Shown here piece after piece: positions 62,721-64,000 of a DNA stretch of 64,000 nt. The position numbers and the translations under genes were made by a program. The notes under the pieces were generated by a model. That model had not been told where the DNA came from and ran no database searches. It worked only from the letters and a program-made list of their open reading frames with translations. Source of the DNA: Macrostomum lignano (lineage: Eukaryota); the NCBI GenBank assembly GCA_002269645.1, contig NIVC01003534.1, positions 28,577 through 92,576 of the forward strand, given 5' to 3'. Position 1 is the stretch's first letter. Every line of letters starts with the position of its first letter.

Positions 62721-64000
62721 GAGGGCAAGTTGAACGAGACAGTTCGAATAGTTCGAAACAGAGTTTGAAAGATAACTGTACCCTTTTATCCCAGTGTACT
62801 TTGTACAGCATACTAGATTTTCTACAAAAAAGGCACTGTGGTGCGCGTGAGCTCACAAACTGCTTTCTTCTACTCAATTGTTTGCCTCAGATAAGTATTG
62901 AACTGCCGCTTCCCATCTCTCTCTTCCCTCTCCCTACCTCTCTCTACCTCAGCACATTAGTTTTACCTGTTGGTTGATTCTGTCTACGCGTTCAAACCTT
63001 GCATTTTTTCCATTCCTTTGTTGTGCCAGCGCAGTGCAGGGTTGCACGGCCTAAAAGCATAGATGATTTTTCAAAACTGCCTCCGCATCGTTAACTTTTA
63101 CAGCCAGTTAAATTGCCTGCTGACTTGTTGCTTATGCTTGAAATTATTTTGTCCCCCATTCATCTTGCCTGCATCAGCCGTTTTGCGTATACCAGTGTAG
63201 AGGATTTTGTCCCCCTGGCAGAGAGCTGCGGCTGTGTGGGCTTTATTCTTTTCAACAATATATCTACATGTCGTGACCCGGGTCGGTTTGGGTGCCCAGT
63301 CCGAGTACAATATATTTTACGTAATCTAACAGGCGTAGTGACGCTCTGTCTGTACTTTTATGAATACGAGCAGGCGTGACGACGCTCTGCGATAATAGTT
63401 CGATTCCTCTGGTGTTGTGACACTCAGAGTTCACGCTGCGGCTCGAGGTGTGGTGACACTCTCGGTGCTTCTAGTTTCGATACTGTATTGGTACACGCTA
63501 TATAAAGTAACCGGTACAGTACTACAATAATACGCAATATACAACGCTGCTGTGCCGCAGTGGTCACAGTCGCGCGTGATGACGCTCTAGCTATGGAATC
63601 ACTGCTACGGCAAGGCCTCGGAAAAGCTAAAGAAGCGAATGAACTCGGGGGTCTTACCGGTGCCAGAAACTGTGGAGCTCGTTCGAGTATCGCTACCACT
63701 TGACCGCTTTATTTGTAGCTTTGGGTACCACAGATCGATAAACAGAGATGCCAAAATCCGAATTTGGACATGCAATAAATTGAGTCCCCGCAGTAAGAGA
63801 CCGTATAGACACGGCTCGCTTGAATATCGCTAGGTTAGATTGAAGAGCTAGGCACGGGCGCGGAGCGGAGAGCGGGGAGCTGGCTGGGCCAGGCTTGAGC
63901 ACTCCACTTAACAGGGTAGAGGGGCAGACAACGCGAGAGAGAGAGAGAGATGCCAAACAAAAGAGACGACCCTTCAGCCAATCAGCGTGCCCGCCGAGCA

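Overview
Eukaryotic (animal) genomic DNA. GC-rich, Ala/Gly/Gln-rich exons sit between introns packed with minisatellites. This style suggests a free-living flatworm such as Macrostomum, but that is inference only. Three protein-coding loci are supported. (1) The N-terminal exon of a His/Ala/Gln-rich, transcription-factor-like protein on the minus strand (ATG 431), running off the left edge. (2) A LYST/Chediak-Higashi-type BEACH gene on the plus strand: 18 exons reconstructed by hand with consistent splice phases from ATG 19421 to 58076 (9519 nt, 3173 codons), ending inside the PH domain; BEACH and WD40 exons are not in the window. (3) A class A GPCR with an intronless coding region (59587-61215, minus strand), probably nested in LYST intron 18. 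About 40 distinct tandem repeats, two tRNA-derived SINE copies plus a tail fragment, and a dispersed repeat family (about 7 copies) fill the rest. Most long ORFs in the supplied track are tandem-repeat artefacts or antisense shadows of GC-rich exons. The best leads concern splicing and repeats: an array of eight tandem splice donors, and a 44-nt mini-intron that would bring a (SDSLDQR)n array into the LYST frame but for a 2-bp deletion. I see no clearly new multi-gene system.
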